Positions 8,813 to 24,100 of a DNA stretch of 64,000 nucleotides are shown one piece after another. Every line of letters starts with the position of its first letter. Positions within the stretch are counted from its first letter, which is position 1. This DNA comes from an uncultured Clostridia bacterium (GTDB lineage: Bacteria > Bacillota > Clostridia > Christensenellales > UBA1242): assembly GCA_944384465.1 (NCBI GenBank), contig CALWTK010000002.1, forward strand, positions 28,257-92,256. Direction: 5' to 3'. A model generated the notes under the pieces. That model did not search any database. It was not told where the DNA came from and saw only the letters and a program-made list of their open reading frames with translations. The translations under genes and the position numbers were made by a program.

Positions 8813-10990
8813 ATGTACGCTCGTGTAATCGTTGATATATCTAATGATGCGGTTGACAGAATTTTTGATTACAAAGCTCTAGAAGATACACAGGTTGGCA
8901 TGCGAGTCAAAGTTCCTTTCGCGAATCGTACAGTGATGGGGTATGTTATTGGACTTAGCGACACGACAGATGTTGATATAAAAAAGATTAAACCCATAAT
9001 TAAAAATTTAGAAAGTGTTCCTAAACTTAAACCAGAGATTATTGATTTATGTTTATTTTTAGCAAAACACTTTTTTTTACGTTTAAGCGATTGTATCAAA
9101 CTCGTCCTGCCTTCATGTGTGCGACTTGATAGCCAAAGAGAGCAAAACCTATATATGTTGTATTTGATTTACGACATAGACAATGCTATAAACATTTTAG
9201 GTAAGAGAGTCAAAAATCAGTTGTCTGCCGTTGCTTTTTTGAGCGAACAGGGCGAGTGTGAATTCTCTAAAATGGTTGAATTGTTCGGTAGATCCAGCAT
9301 CAACGCTCTTATTCAAAAAGGAATAGTTGGCAAAAGGGCGATAAGGCGATTTAGAACACCATCTGTTCAGCAAGTTTCTTGTGTCAAAAACCTACTGACA
9401 CCATCCCAGCAAAATGCTGTCGACATTATGTCAAATCAGGACAAGACGTTTTTGCTAAAAGGGGTTACAGGCAGTGGCAAGACAGAAGTATATATGACCA
9501 TCATTGAAAAGGCAATCAAGGACAACAAAACTGCCATTATGCTAGTGCCCGAAATATCACTTACTCCGCAGATGATGCAGAGATTTAATTCACGTTTCCC
9601 TAATGATGTGGCTGTGTTGCACAGTGGCTTGACTGAAGGGGAGCGATTTGATGAATGGAATAGAATTTTCAATGGCGAAGTGCATGTAGTTTTGGGGGCT
9701 AGATCAGCGATCTTTGCACCGATTGAAAATCTAGGTGTGATAGTGATAGACGAAGAACACGACTCGTCCTATATCAGCGAGACGAACCCGAGATTTATCA
9801 CACATGATGTGGCAGAATATAGGGCTAGGCAAAACGCATGTCCGCTTATATTAGGGAGTGCGACTCCTAGTATAGATAGTTTCAAAAAGGCAAAAGATGA
9901 CGTGTATACATTGGTCGAATTGCCTGAGCGTATCAATGGTCTTAGCATGCCAGAAATTGAAATTGTAGACATGCTTAATGAAGTACTTGACGGCAATACA
10001 TCTCCTTTTAGTAGAAGGTTGTTAAACAAGTTATCCGAATGTATAAACAACAAAAAACAAGCAATTTTGTTTATCAATAGGCGTGGGTTTGCCTCCTTCA
10101 TGATGTGTCGTGAATGCGGCTATAGAGCAAAGTGTGATGATTGTGAAGTGAGCTTAGTATATCACAAGGAAGACAATGAACTGAAGTGCCATTTTTGCGG
10201 TAAACGCTATAGAGCTTTGACGAATTGTCCAAATTGTAACAGTACGAATATAAAGTATGGGGCGCTGGGAACAGAAAGAGTCTGTGACGAATTACACAAG
10301 ATTTTTCCTGATATTCCTATTTTTAGAATGGACAATGATACGACTCGTGGCAAGGACGCACATAAAAAGATCTTGGAAAAATTTTCTAACACAACTCCAA
10401 GTATATTGGTCGGCACACAGATGATAGCAAAGGGGCATGATTATCCAAACGTCTCGTTTGTGGGCATTTTAGATGCAGATGTCAGCTTATATAACAGTGA
10501 TTATAAGTCCAACGAAAGGACGTTCCAATTAGTGACGCAGGTCGCTGGACGAGCAGGCAGGAAAAACAATGACGGATATGTCATTTTGCAAACATACGCA
10601 CCCAAGCATTATGTCTACCGATTCGCTCAACACTATGATTATGTGGGATTTTATGAAAAGGAAATCAATTTAAGACAGACGACGGGCTTCCCACCATTTA
10701 GTACAATTTTAAGAATTCTAGTTTCAAGTGTCAGCGACAATAAGGCAAAGGAAGTGACAAAAAAATTATATGATAAGGCAATGCTACTGAAAGAAAAATT
10801 CGGTAAAAAAATAATATTTTTACAGGCGATGCCGTCACCAGTGAAGCGTATTCAAACAAAATATAGGTATCAAATCTTGACTAGATACGTTCCAGATGAT
10901 AAAATAACTACAGAGTTTTTCAATATCAGTGATATAATTGAAAAAGATGTATCAATTTTTGTTGAAATTAACCCAAACAATTTGAGGTAA
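8813..10990 (+). CDS. priA: primosomal protein N' (replication restart helicase)
   Basis: GVTGSGKTEVY Walker A, DEEHD box, Cys-rich zinc region (CRECGY..CDDC..CHFCG..CPNC). Confidence 0.95.
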   Translation: MYARVIVDISNDAVDRIFDYKALEDTQVGMRVKVPFANRTVMGYVIGLSDTTDVDIKKIKPIIKNLESVPKLKPEIIDLCLFLAKHFFLRLSDCIKLVLPSCVRLDSQREQNLYMLYLIYDIDNAINILGKRVKNQLSAVAFLSEQGECEFSKMVELFGRSSINALIQKGIVGKRAIRRFRTPSVQQVSCVKNLLTPSQQNAVDIMSNQDKTFLLKGVTGSGKTEVYMTIIEKAIKDNKTAIMLVPEISLTPQMMQRFNSRFPNDVAVLHSGLTEGERFDEWNRIFNGEVHVVLGARSAIFAPIENLGVIVIDEEHDSSYISETNPRFITHDVAEYRARQNACPLILGSATPSIDSFKKAKDDVYTLVELPERINGLSMPEIEIVDMLNEVLDGNTSPFSRRLLNKLSECINNKKQAILFINRRGFASFMMCRECGYRAKCDDCEVSLVYHKEDNELKCHFCGKRYRALTNCPNCNSTNIKYGALGTERVCDELHKIFPDIPIFRMDNDTTRGKDAHKKILEKFSNTTPSILVGTQMIAKGHDYPNVSFVGILDADVSLYNSDYKSNERTFQLVTQVAGRAGRKNNDGYVILQTYAPKHYVYRFAQHYDYVGFYEKEINLRQTTGFPPFSTILRILVSSVSDNKAKEVTKKLYDKAMLLKEKFGKKIIFLQAMPSPVKRIQTKYRYQILTRYVPDDKITTEFFNISDIIEKDVSIFVEINPNNLR

Positions 10991-10993
10991 AAT

Positions 10994-11461
10994 ATGGCAA
11001 TTAGAGAAATAGTTCCACATACTGACAATTTTATTAGAAAGAAAAGTAAACCTGTGAATGATTTTGATGAGAAATTATGGGAACTCCTTGACGATATGAG
11101 CGAGACGTTGGACGCAAAAAACGGGGCAGGGTTAAGCGCTGTCCAAGTAGGAGTTTTGAAACGTGTTTTCATCATAAACATCAACAATATGAAGATTGAA
11201 TTTATCAATCCGACAATTGTTAAAGCAAGTGGAGAACAATATAAAAAAGAAGGGTGCTTGAGTGTAGCGCTTCCTTTTGGCTACGTAAAGCGTCCAAAGA
11301 CAGTAACTGTAACCGCTTTTGATAGGTACGGCAACAAGTTCACTTTGACATGTGAAGATTGGACAGCGGTATGTATCTGTCATGAAAGCGACCACTTAGA
11401 CGGAATTTTGTATATTGATAAATTATGTGAACCACCAAAAGGATATAAAGAAGAAGAATGA
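10994..11461 (+). CDS. def: peptide deformylase
   Basis: GAGLSAVQVG, EGCLS and HESDH motifs. Confidence 0.95.
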   Translation: MAIREIVPHTDNFIRKKSKPVNDFDEKLWELLDDMSETLDAKNGAGLSAVQVGVLKRVFIININNMKIEFINPTIVKASGEQYKKEGCLSVALPFGYVKRPKTVTVTAFDRYGNKFTLTCEDWTAVCICHESDHLDGILYIDKLCEPPKGYKEEE

Positions 11462-12378
11462 GAATAGTGTTTTTCGGATCAGGGGAATTTAGCTTGAATA
11501 TTTTGAAAGGTTTGCTCGACGACAAAAGAGAAGTGGTCGCTGTTGTTTCGCAACCAGATAAAATCAATGCAAGGAACAATAAAATCAACTTTTCTTTAGT
11601 CAAGACTTTTTGTATTGAAAAAAATATTCCAATATATCAATTCGAAAAATTAAATAAAGAAGGAGAAGAACCGCTAAAAGCGTTGAAGCCGGATATTTTT
11701 GTGACCGCCAGTTATGGTCAAATCATAAAACAAAATATTTTAGACATACCAAAATTCGGGACTGTAAATGTTCATGCTAGTCTTCTTCCTAAATACCGCG
11801 GACCTGCACCTATTCAGTGGGCAATAATCAATGGAGAGAAAGAGACAGGTGTCACAATTATGCGTACCGAATTGGGTCTAGACACTGGAGATATTTATCT
11901 TCAAAAATCAATAGAAATTGAAGATGCAGACACATCATCTAGTGTGTTTTCAAAACTAGCCACTCTAGGTGTAGAGTGTATGAAAGAATTTTTTGACAAT
12001 TTTGATTATTATATAAAACACCCACATAAGCAGGACGAAAGTCAAATGTCGTACTATCCAATGTTCAAAAATGAAGACTTTTTGATTTCTTTCGATGATA
12101 CGAGCGAAAATATCTGTAACAAGATTCGTGGATTAGAAAATTGTTATTTTATTTACAATAAAGTTAGATACAAAGTCTTATTTGCAGTACCTTGCGACAA
12201 GCACGGAAGAGTGGGTGAAATCCTAGTATGCGATGGGAAAAATGGTTTTGTTGTGGCGACAAAAGATTCTGCCATTGATATAATCAACATTCAGCCAGAA
12301 GGCAAGCAAAAGATGCTTGCGCTCTCGTACATGAATTCAAACAAATTCAAAAAAGGTGACATTATTGAAAATTCTTAG
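11458..12378 (+). CDS. fmt: methionyl-tRNA formyltransferase
   Basis: MRIVFFGSGEFS and HASLLPKYRGPAPIQWAI; 4-nt overlap with def. Confidence 0.95.
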   Translation: MRIVFFGSGEFSLNILKGLLDDKREVVAVVSQPDKINARNNKINFSLVKTFCIEKNIPIYQFEKLNKEGEEPLKALKPDIFVTASYGQIIKQNILDIPKFGTVNVHASLLPKYRGPAPIQWAIINGEKETGVTIMRTELGLDTGDIYLQKSIEIEDADTSSSVFSKLATLGVECMKEFFDNFDYYIKHPHKQDESQMSYYPMFKNEDFLISFDDTSENICNKIRGLENCYFIYNKVRYKVLFAVPCDKHGRVGEILVCDGKNGFVVATKDSAIDIINIQPEGKQKMLALSYMNSNKFKKGDIIENS

Positions 12379-13402
12379 TGATTATTCTCTATTAGAATTA
12401 AAACAGATTTTGGCAGATTTTCCATCCTTTCGTGCCAAACAAGTTTTTGATGCAATCATTCAAGCAAAAGACTATAGTGAAACTAATCTACCAAAAAGTA
12501 TGATAGAAAACTTGAAAAAGGATTTTATTCTAAAACCTATCAATATATATAAAGTTTTGACCAGCAAAGATGGGACAAAAAAATACCTTTTATCTACCTA
12601 CGATAACAATCTTGTTGAGTGCGTTTTTTTACATCAAGATTACGGCAACACCATTTGTATGTCAACGCAGATTGGCTGCAGAATGGGGTGCAAATTTTGT
12701 GCATCCACTTTGAATGGTTTGATCAGAAATCTATCAGCTGGCGAGATGCTCAGTATGATAGCTGTTGTCAATGCGGACAATGGGAAGAATAGCGAAAGAA
12801 ATTTTACAAACATAGTTTTGATGGGAAGCGGAGAGCCTTTTGATAATTACGCCAATGTAGTGAAATGGCTAGAGTTGATTACAGATAAAGACGGCTTCAA
12901 CGTGAGTGAAAGGAATATCTCAATTTCTACATGCGGACTAGTTGACAAAATATATGAATTTTCAAAATTGAATTATAACATTACACTTTGTGTCTCATTG
13001 CACGCAACTGACGATGAGACGCGAAAGACAATCATGCCGATAGCGAACAAATATTCGATCGATGAAATCATAAAAGCGTTACAGTCGTATGTAAAAGAGA
13101 ACAAAAGGCGAGTAGTTTTCGAATATTGTTTAATAAAAGATGTAAATGATAGTTTTCAAAATGCAGAGAGATTGAAAAAACTTACAGAGAATCTAAATTG
13201 TCATATCAATGTAATATGTCTGAATCCCAACGGAGGTACACTAAAAGCGACCACAAAACATGAAGCATATGCCTTTGTAAAAAAATTGAACGATTTAGGA
13301 GTATCTGCAACCTTAAGGCGCAGTCAGGGTAGCGATATAGAGGGGGCGTGTGGCATGTTGAGAGCAAAGACTTTGAATAAAATTAATAAAAAAAACAGTT
13401 AA
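12356..13402 (+). CDS. rlmN: 23S rRNA/tRNA A-C2 methyltransferase RlmN (radical SAM)
   Basis: CRMGCKFCAS radical-SAM cluster and a C-terminal GSDIEGACG. Start is GTG 12356 or TTG 12365. Confidence 0.9.
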   Translation: MTLLKILSDYSLLELKQILADFPSFRAKQVFDAIIQAKDYSETNLPKSMIENLKKDFILKPINIYKVLTSKDGTKKYLLSTYDNNLVECVFLHQDYGNTICMSTQIGCRMGCKFCASTLNGLIRNLSAGEMLSMIAVVNADNGKNSERNFTNIVLMGSGEPFDNYANVVKWLELITDKDGFNVSERNISISTCGLVDKIYEFSKLNYNITLCVSLHATDDETRKTIMPIANKYSIDEIIKALQSYVKENKRRVVFEYCLIKDVNDSFQNAERLKKLTENLNCHINVICLNPNGGTLKATTKHEAYAFVKKLNDLGVSATLRRSQGSDIEGACGMLRAKTLNKINKKNS

Positions 13403-13464
13403 TAAACACATAAAATCAATTTTAAAAATTGATGAACTATGCTATAATAATCCAAGGAGATATT

Positions 13465-14127
13465 ATGCGAAAAGTAGTGATTTCTGCATCAAGCCTTCCA
13501 GCAGGAAGAAATATGTCTAGCCAGATTGAATACATCCAAAGGATGAGTAATTATGGTGCGGACATGTATCATCTAGACGTCATGGACGGCGAATTTGTAA
13601 AATACAAGACAATTGACTATACATATTTTGAGCAGTTAAGAGAAAAATCTGCACTCCTTTTTGACACTCATCTGATGATCAGCAATCCTGAAAAATTCAT
13701 CAGCAAATATATTAAAGCGGGAGCAGATATCATCACTATTCATTATGAAGCGGTTGAAGATAAAGAAAAATTGATTAAATTACTGCAAAAAATCAAAAAA
13801 AATAAAAAATTAGTTGGTCTAGCGCTTGATTTGGATACAGATGTGACAGTTATAGATCCTTTTATAAAATATTTAGATTTAGTACTAATACTTTGCGTCA
13901 AGGCGGGAAAAGGTGGGCAGGAATTCGATAAAACTGCATTGAAAAAAATCAAATATGTTAGAAACATCAGCCCTGATATATTGATAGAAGTAGACGGTGG
14001 GATCAATCCGGACACTGGGGCACAGTGCGTCCGCGCAGGAGCAGATATATTAGTTAGCGGAAATTATATCTATTCTAATGATGCATACGATGCCATTCAG
14101 CACTTGAAGGGTGGCAAAAATGGATAA
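13465..14127 (+). CDS. rpe: ribulose-phosphate 3-epimerase family protein (divergent)
   Basis: ORF 13429..14127 trimmed to the ATG behind AAGGAG. Motifs HLDVMDG, THLM and EVDGGI are present, but FVKY replaces FVPN and KAGKGGQ replaces NPGFGGQ. Confidence 0.75.
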   Translation: MRKVVISASSLPAGRNMSSQIEYIQRMSNYGADMYHLDVMDGEFVKYKTIDYTYFEQLREKSALLFDTHLMISNPEKFISKYIKAGADIITIHYEAVEDKEKLIKLLQKIKKNKKLVGLALDLDTDVTVIDPFIKYLDLVLILCVKAGKGGQEFDKTALKKIKYVRNISPDILIEVDGGINPDTGAQCVRAGADILVSGNYIYSNDAYDAIQHLKGGKNG

Positions 14128-14815
14128 TAGATACTATTTCCATGAATACCAAGATGATTTTGTGGTGATCTCATCGCAAGAATTTCAGCATCTAACAAAG
14201 GTCAGACGATGTAAAGTAGGAGACAGCATTGTCGCCTTTAATGGAGACGGGTATGACTACCACTTAACTATTAAAGAAATGAAAAAGGACAAAGCTCTCT
14301 GTTCAGTAGTGAAAAAAGAATTAAATCGTGCTGTACGAGACACACAAATAACCGTTTATTTAGCTATGATAAAAAACGATGCTCTCTCTACTGCGATTGA
14401 CAATCTAGCTGAACTGAATGTTCGTCACGTCAAATTGTTTAGAGCTGACAACAGTGTGGCGAATATTGACGACAGTAAATTGAATAAACTAAAATTATAT
14501 TCCATACAGGCGAGCAAGCAATGCGAGCGAGCGGACATCATGGACGTATCTATTATTGATAAATTTCAGATAGAAGAAGATGTTATGACATATAAAAACC
14601 GATTTTTTGCATATGAAAATTCCACTCAAAATATAACAAAATTCAGTGGTGATTTTGCTGTGATAGTTGGTCCAGAAGGTGGGTTCTCAAGTGATGAAGT
14701 GAAGTATTTTTCTAGTTTTGCGAAGAATATTTCCTTGTCAAAAACTATTTTGCGTGCTGAAGTGGCATGTGTATGTGCTGTGTCGGCACTAAAGGCAGTG
14801 AGCTATGAAAGCTAG
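14120..14815 (+). CDS. rsmE: 16S rRNA m3U1498 methyltransferase RsmE
   Basis: IVGPEGGFSSDEV and TILRAE motifs. Alternative GTG start at 14111. Confidence 0.85.
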   Translation: MDNRYYFHEYQDDFVVISSQEFQHLTKVRRCKVGDSIVAFNGDGYDYHLTIKEMKKDKALCSVVKKELNRAVRDTQITVYLAMIKNDALSTAIDNLAELNVRHVKLFRADNSVANIDDSKLNKLKLYSIQASKQCERADIMDVSIIDKFQIEEDVMTYKNRFFAYENSTQNITKFSGDFAVIVGPEGGFSSDEVKYFSSFAKNISLSKTILRAEVACVCAVSALKAVSYES

Positions 14816-16052
14816 TGTCATCACTTTGGGCTGTAAAGTCAACGAATATGAAAGTCAGTCCATTTTAAATCAACTGAAATCAAATGGCTTTGAAATTAGC
14901 GAAGGGCTAGTCCCTGCAGATGTGTATGTCATAAACACTTGTGCGGTAACAAATATCGCGGAGAGAAAATCTAGACAAGTTTTATCAAAGATAGAAAAGA
15001 TAAATAAAGATGCAAAAATAATTGTGTGCGGATGTGCGTCTCAAAACAATCCAACAAAATTTTTGCAAAATCCAAATGTCTTTTCTGTGACGGGCAATGC
15101 TAAAAAAAATGAAATAATGAACTTTATCAACAAGCGAAATACTTTCCTGCCTGAAATAGATGATAAAATATATGCTACAACAGCTAGACCGATTGAGACT
15201 CGCACTAGGCAGTTTATAAAAATTCAAGACGGGTGTGATTACTTTTGTACTTATTGCTTAATACCTTATGTCAGGGGGAGGAGCAGAAGTCGCGATCTCG
15301 GTGATATATTAGATGAAATCAAGAACACAACTTCCAATGAAATTGTGCTGACCGGTATCAATATGACTGACTATAAAATTGATAATAAACCAGCTTTGAA
15401 ATATCTAATCAAAGAAGTTGATAAATTGAATAAACGTTTTAGATTGTCATCAATAGAATGCATGGCGTTAGATGATGAGATGATAGAGATATTAAAAAAT
15501 TGTAAAAACTTCTGCCCACATCTACATATCAGTCTGCAGTCTGCTTGCAATGAAACTTTAAAACGCATGAACCGTCATTATACTATAGAACAGTTCATGG
15601 ACAAGATAAAAAAATTAAGGCAACAAATTCCTAATATCACTTTATCTACTGATATTATTGTCGGCTTCAAGGGAGAGACTGATGAAGAGTTTGAAACCAC
15701 TTATAAAAACTTAAAAAAGATAAAATTTAGCTTCATGCACATATTCCCATATAGTGTGAGAGTTGGCACTGTTGCTAGCAGACTAAAAGGGGACGTAGAT
15801 AAGAAAACCATAAAACTTAGAGAGCAAAAACTTATTGATTTAAACAAAAAGTTCAAAGCAGAATTTTATAATAGCAATAAAAACTCAATTCACACAGTTT
15901 TGATTGAAGAAGTGATTGACGAAAAATATTCTTTGGGGTATACTGATAATTATATATATACCAAGATCGATGAACCATTAAAAATTGGGGGAATATATAG
16001 TATAGAATTAGTTGATACTTACAATAATGGCATGATTGGAACAAGGAGGTAA
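14805..16052 (+). CDS. mtaB: tRNA methylthiotransferase MtaB (MiaB-like radical SAM)
   Basis: TLGCKVNEYES N-terminal domain, CDYFCTYC radical-SAM cluster, C-terminal TRAM-like domain. Confidence 0.85.
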   Translation: MKASVITLGCKVNEYESQSILNQLKSNGFEISEGLVPADVYVINTCAVTNIAERKSRQVLSKIEKINKDAKIIVCGCASQNNPTKFLQNPNVFSVTGNAKKNEIMNFINKRNTFLPEIDDKIYATTARPIETRTRQFIKIQDGCDYFCTYCLIPYVRGRSRSRDLGDILDEIKNTTSNEIVLTGINMTDYKIDNKPALKYLIKEVDKLNKRFRLSSIECMALDDEMIEILKNCKNFCPHLHISLQSACNETLKRMNRHYTIEQFMDKIKKLRQQIPNITLSTDIIVGFKGETDEEFETTYKNLKKIKFSFMHIFPYSVRVGTVASRLKGDVDKKTIKLREQKLIDLNKKFKAEFYNSNKNSIHTVLIEEVIDEKYSLGYTDNYIYTKIDEPLKIGGIYSIELVDTYNNGMIGTRR

Positions 16053-16054
16053 TT

Positions 16055-16390
16055 ATGGAAGATTGTGTTTTTTGTAAAATAAGATTAAAAGAATTGCATG
16101 GGACGATTCTCTATAGTGATGATGACTTTATGATAATAAAGGACATCAATCCACAAGCGAAAATCCACTTGATTGCAATCCCTAATACTCATGTGCCATA
16201 TATTGATATGATGACAGAAGATGGCGCTTGCCTTTTGGGGAAGATTATATCTAAAATATCCCATATGCAAGAGGAATTAGGGATCACGGGTGGCTATAGA
16301 TTGATTATCAACCAGGGAGACAACGCAGGGCAGACAGTAGCTCACGTGCATATACACATTTTGGGTGGAGAAAAGTTAAAAGAGTTTTAA
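16055..16390 (+). CDS. HIT-family nucleotide hydrolase
   Basis: CVFCKI and HVHIHILGG histidine triad. Confidence 0.9.
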   Translation: MEDCVFCKIRLKELHGTILYSDDDFMIIKDINPQAKIHLIAIPNTHVPYIDMMTEDGACLLGKIISKISHMQEELGITGGYRLIINQGDNAGQTVAHVHIHILGGEKLKEF

Positions 16391-16476
16391 TATTAATATT
16401 TTCATAGAAAGTGATGAAAAAACAATTATAAAAATACGAAACACATAAAATAGATGAAAAAAATTGATACATTTTA

Positions 16477-16518
16477 TTGACAATATCAAAATTCTAGTGT
16501 AAAATAAACTAGAATTTT
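16477..16518 (+). promoter_or_regulatory. rpsU promoter with an inverted repeat spanning the -10 element
   Basis: TTGACA(16477..16482)-17 nt-TAAAAT(16500..16505), TGn-extended. A perfect 10-bp inverted repeat, AAAATTCTAG(16488..16497)/CTAGAATTTT(16509..16518), brackets the -10. Confidence 0.5.
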
Positions 16519-16540
16519 AAATTAAAGGTGGGTGAGAGAG

Positions 16541-16729
16541 TTGACTACAGTTCGTTGCGGTGAGAATGAATCTATTGAAAGTGCATTGAAACGTTTTAAA
16601 CGTAAATGTCAAAAAGACGGTATCATTGGCGATTTGAAGAAGAACGTTGAATACAAAAAGCCAAGCGTACGTCGTAAAGAAAAGAGCAAGGCCGCTCGCA
16701 AACGTGCCATGAAGCGCAATCGTTATTAA
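16541..16729 (+). CDS. rpsU: 30S ribosomal protein S21
   Basis: ENESIESALKRFKRKCQKDG..KPSVRRKEKSKAARKR. The TTG at 16541 sits 9 nt after AAAGGTGG; the track start at 16532 overlaps the RBS. Confidence 0.9.
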   Translation: MTTVRCGENESIESALKRFKRKCQKDGIIGDLKKNVEYKKPSVRRKEKSKAARKRAMKRNRY

Positions 16730-16733
16730 TATT

Positions 16734-16762
16734 AAGCACTGACATATTGTTGGTGCTTTTTT
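16734..16762 (+). terminator. rpsU intrinsic terminator
   Basis: AAGCAC..13 nt..GTGCTT followed by TTTTTT. Confidence 0.45.
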
Positions 16763-16918
16763 GTAGGAAATTAAAAAAGTTGTATTAAAGATTTTGAAAT
16801 TAATTTTTTATTTGTTATAATAAAAATGTAATATGATTATGTTGTTGTGCATACATATTCCATTTTTTTAATTATAATCAAAGGTTATCATATAAAAATT
16901 AGATTTTAAAAGGGTAAT

Positions 16919-21126
<4,208 letters not shown>

Positions 21127-21181
21127 TTATAATATAATTGTTTGTTGACATATCTTTGTCTAAAATTAATTTGGGGTAAAC

Positions 21182-24100
21182 ATGATAACATTTAAAGAAA
21201 TTGAGATGGCAGGGTTCAAATCCTTTGCTGATGAAACTCATATCAATTTTGACGGTGGGATAACCGCTATTGTTGGACCGAACGGCTGTGGCAAATCTAA
21301 CGTCAGTGATGCAATTCGTTGGGTGCTAGGTGAACAATCTAGTAAAGCCTTGCGTGGCAAATCTATGCAAGACGTCATTTTTGCCGGCACAGAAAAAAGA
21401 AAAAAATTGAGTTATTGTGAAGTGTCTTTGATTTTTGACAATACGAATAAATGGTTCAACATTGATTATGATGAAGTCGTGATCACGCGTAAATTGTATA
21501 GAAGCGGGGAAAGTGACTACCAAATCAATAGAAAACCTTGTAGATTAAAGGATATTCGTGACCTGTTGTACGACAGCGGTATAGGAAAGGATGGTTATTC
21601 AATTATAGGACAGGGACGAGTAGAAGAGATCATTCAATCAAAACCAGAAGAGAGACGTGCCATATTCGAAGAAGCGGCGGGCATCGCTAAATACAAGGCG
21701 AGAAAAGTGGAGACAGAAAATCGTCTAGAACGCGTCCGCGACAACCTTAGTAGAGCGGGCGACATAATGAGCGAAGTAGAAAGGCGCCTTGGACCACTTA
21801 AAAAGCAAAGCGAAGACGCAAAAAAATATCTAGAATATAGAGATATATTGAAACAATTAGAAATCAATGCCTACATCTATCAGTTTGACCATGCAGCGCA
21901 GACCAAGCAAGAGATCAATGAAAAATTGCAAGGATATAGTGATAATTTAAACATATTAAACAATAGCCTAGAGACAGAGCAAGCTAAATATGACAAATCA
22001 TTGAATGAGATAAATCAACTGGACAAAAAAGCTAACGACCTTCACGAGCAGGTGTTGGTGAAAACTGTATCCTTAGAAAAGCGCCAGAGCGACAACAGAT
22101 TATTGAATGAACAGACGAGATACTTAAAAGAGCAGATAGATAGATTAAAATCTCAGTTAGATGGCTATAATATGGATTTCAATCAACGTATGGCGTTGAT
22201 TAATAATGCGACTGCCTTGCGTGATGAAGAGAAAGAGAATTTGAACAACCTTTATCTAGAATCTCAAGAAAACTCTAACAAATATTTGCAATTGATAGAT
22301 GAACTGACAAAAAGTGAAGGTGAAAAGGAAGAAAATCAACGTGCCATAATTGATAATTTGTCAAAACTTACCGATTTGAAAGCAAATCTATCTGGATATA
22401 TTGCGAAGCGTGACACAATGCAAGAGAATATCAAACAAGACAAAGAGAAACTTGATACATTGTTGAACGAAAAAAAGTCATTGCAAGATGAATATATTCA
22501 ACTGAAAAATGAAGTAGATAATCTATACAACACAAAGACTAGCAAAGAAGAAAATATCGAAAAAATCAATGCAAAGATGAGTTCTGTCACTGACTCAATT
22601 GATGAACTCAATAATAGAATTTACGCCTTAAAAACGAGCATTTCGAATGACACCAACAGGAAAAATATATTGACTAATTTGCAGGCAGATTTTGAAGGGT
22701 ATCAATTTGCTGTCAAAAGATTGTTGCAAGAGAGCAAAAATAATACCACTCTCAACAATGCGATAAAAGGCGTAGTAGGCAACATTATTTCTGTCGATAG
22801 TAAATATCAGACGGCGATAGAAATTGCCCTTGGCGGAAGTATTCAAAACATTGTCACAAAAGATGAAAATGACGCCAAAATTTTGATAAATTACCTAAAA
22901 GAATCTAGACTCGGTAGAGCGACATTCCTGCCTATATCTGCGGTGAAACCTAGGAGTCTATCTAGTAGCGATAGGCAATATCTGTCAAGCAACGGATGTC
23001 TAGGGGTGGCGAGTGAATTGGTAAAGACGGACAACATTTATAAATCAGTTATAGATAGCTTACTAGGTGCTACCGTGGTGTGCGACACGCTAGACAATGC
23101 GGTCAATCTTGCGAAACGTAGCGGATATTCGTTTAGAATAGTGACGCTAGAAGGTGATATATTGTCTCCGCAAGGTAGCATGTCGGGCGGTAGCAAGAAG
23201 AGCAATGATAGTTCTCTTTTAGGTAAAGAAAACGAGATTAAAATTCTAACTAAAAATATTGAAGAGAAATCAAAAGAGTTAGAAAACGTGAATTCACAAT
23301 TCGCTTCATACAACAATGCGCTGACTAAACTAAAGGACCTTTTGTCTAGTGAGACAAACAACTTGCAGGTGTTAAACAACGATTATTATTCAAAAAATAC
23401 TAAATTAGAAAATATAAAGCAAAACCTTGATTCATTGGAAGAAGATGTATTCTCATTGAATAGTCAATTGAAAATTGCTGAAAATATTGTTAATGATTTA
23501 AATACAAAAATCAATTCAATTGATCAAGCAGAATTAGATTATACATCCACACAGGCAAAGGTAGGGGAATTCAACGAGACCAACAAAAATGCCTATGAAG
23601 AATTGAAACAAAAGAGAGACGAATATCAGGAGATTGTGACTCAGTCAAAGATCAAAATCGCGTCAACAGAAGAGAAAATCAGGTCGCTAAATAAAGATAT
23701 TGATTCGTACACTCAAGAGATTGAAAATGTCAAAAAATTAATTGAAAATGTTCAAAATGAACTATCCAGTCAGACTAGAGTCTACGATGAAGCAATGTCG
23801 CTAAACAAATCAAAACAAGAAGATATAGAAACAGAAAATATAAAAAATGAGTTGGATGAATTGAATTCAAAATTGGCACAATTTGACGAATTCAAGCAGA
23901 CATTGATGAAAGAATTAAAGGACTTGGATGACAAGAAGACAGTAATCAGCAACGATATTGCCAGATTGAATAACAAAATTTATCAAGAAGAGACCAAGCT
24001 ACAAAAAGTCGATATTGATATAGAAAACATGCAGGAACGCATCTACGAAGAATACGAAATGACATATAATGACTGCCTGCCATTCAAATCACAAGATGAG

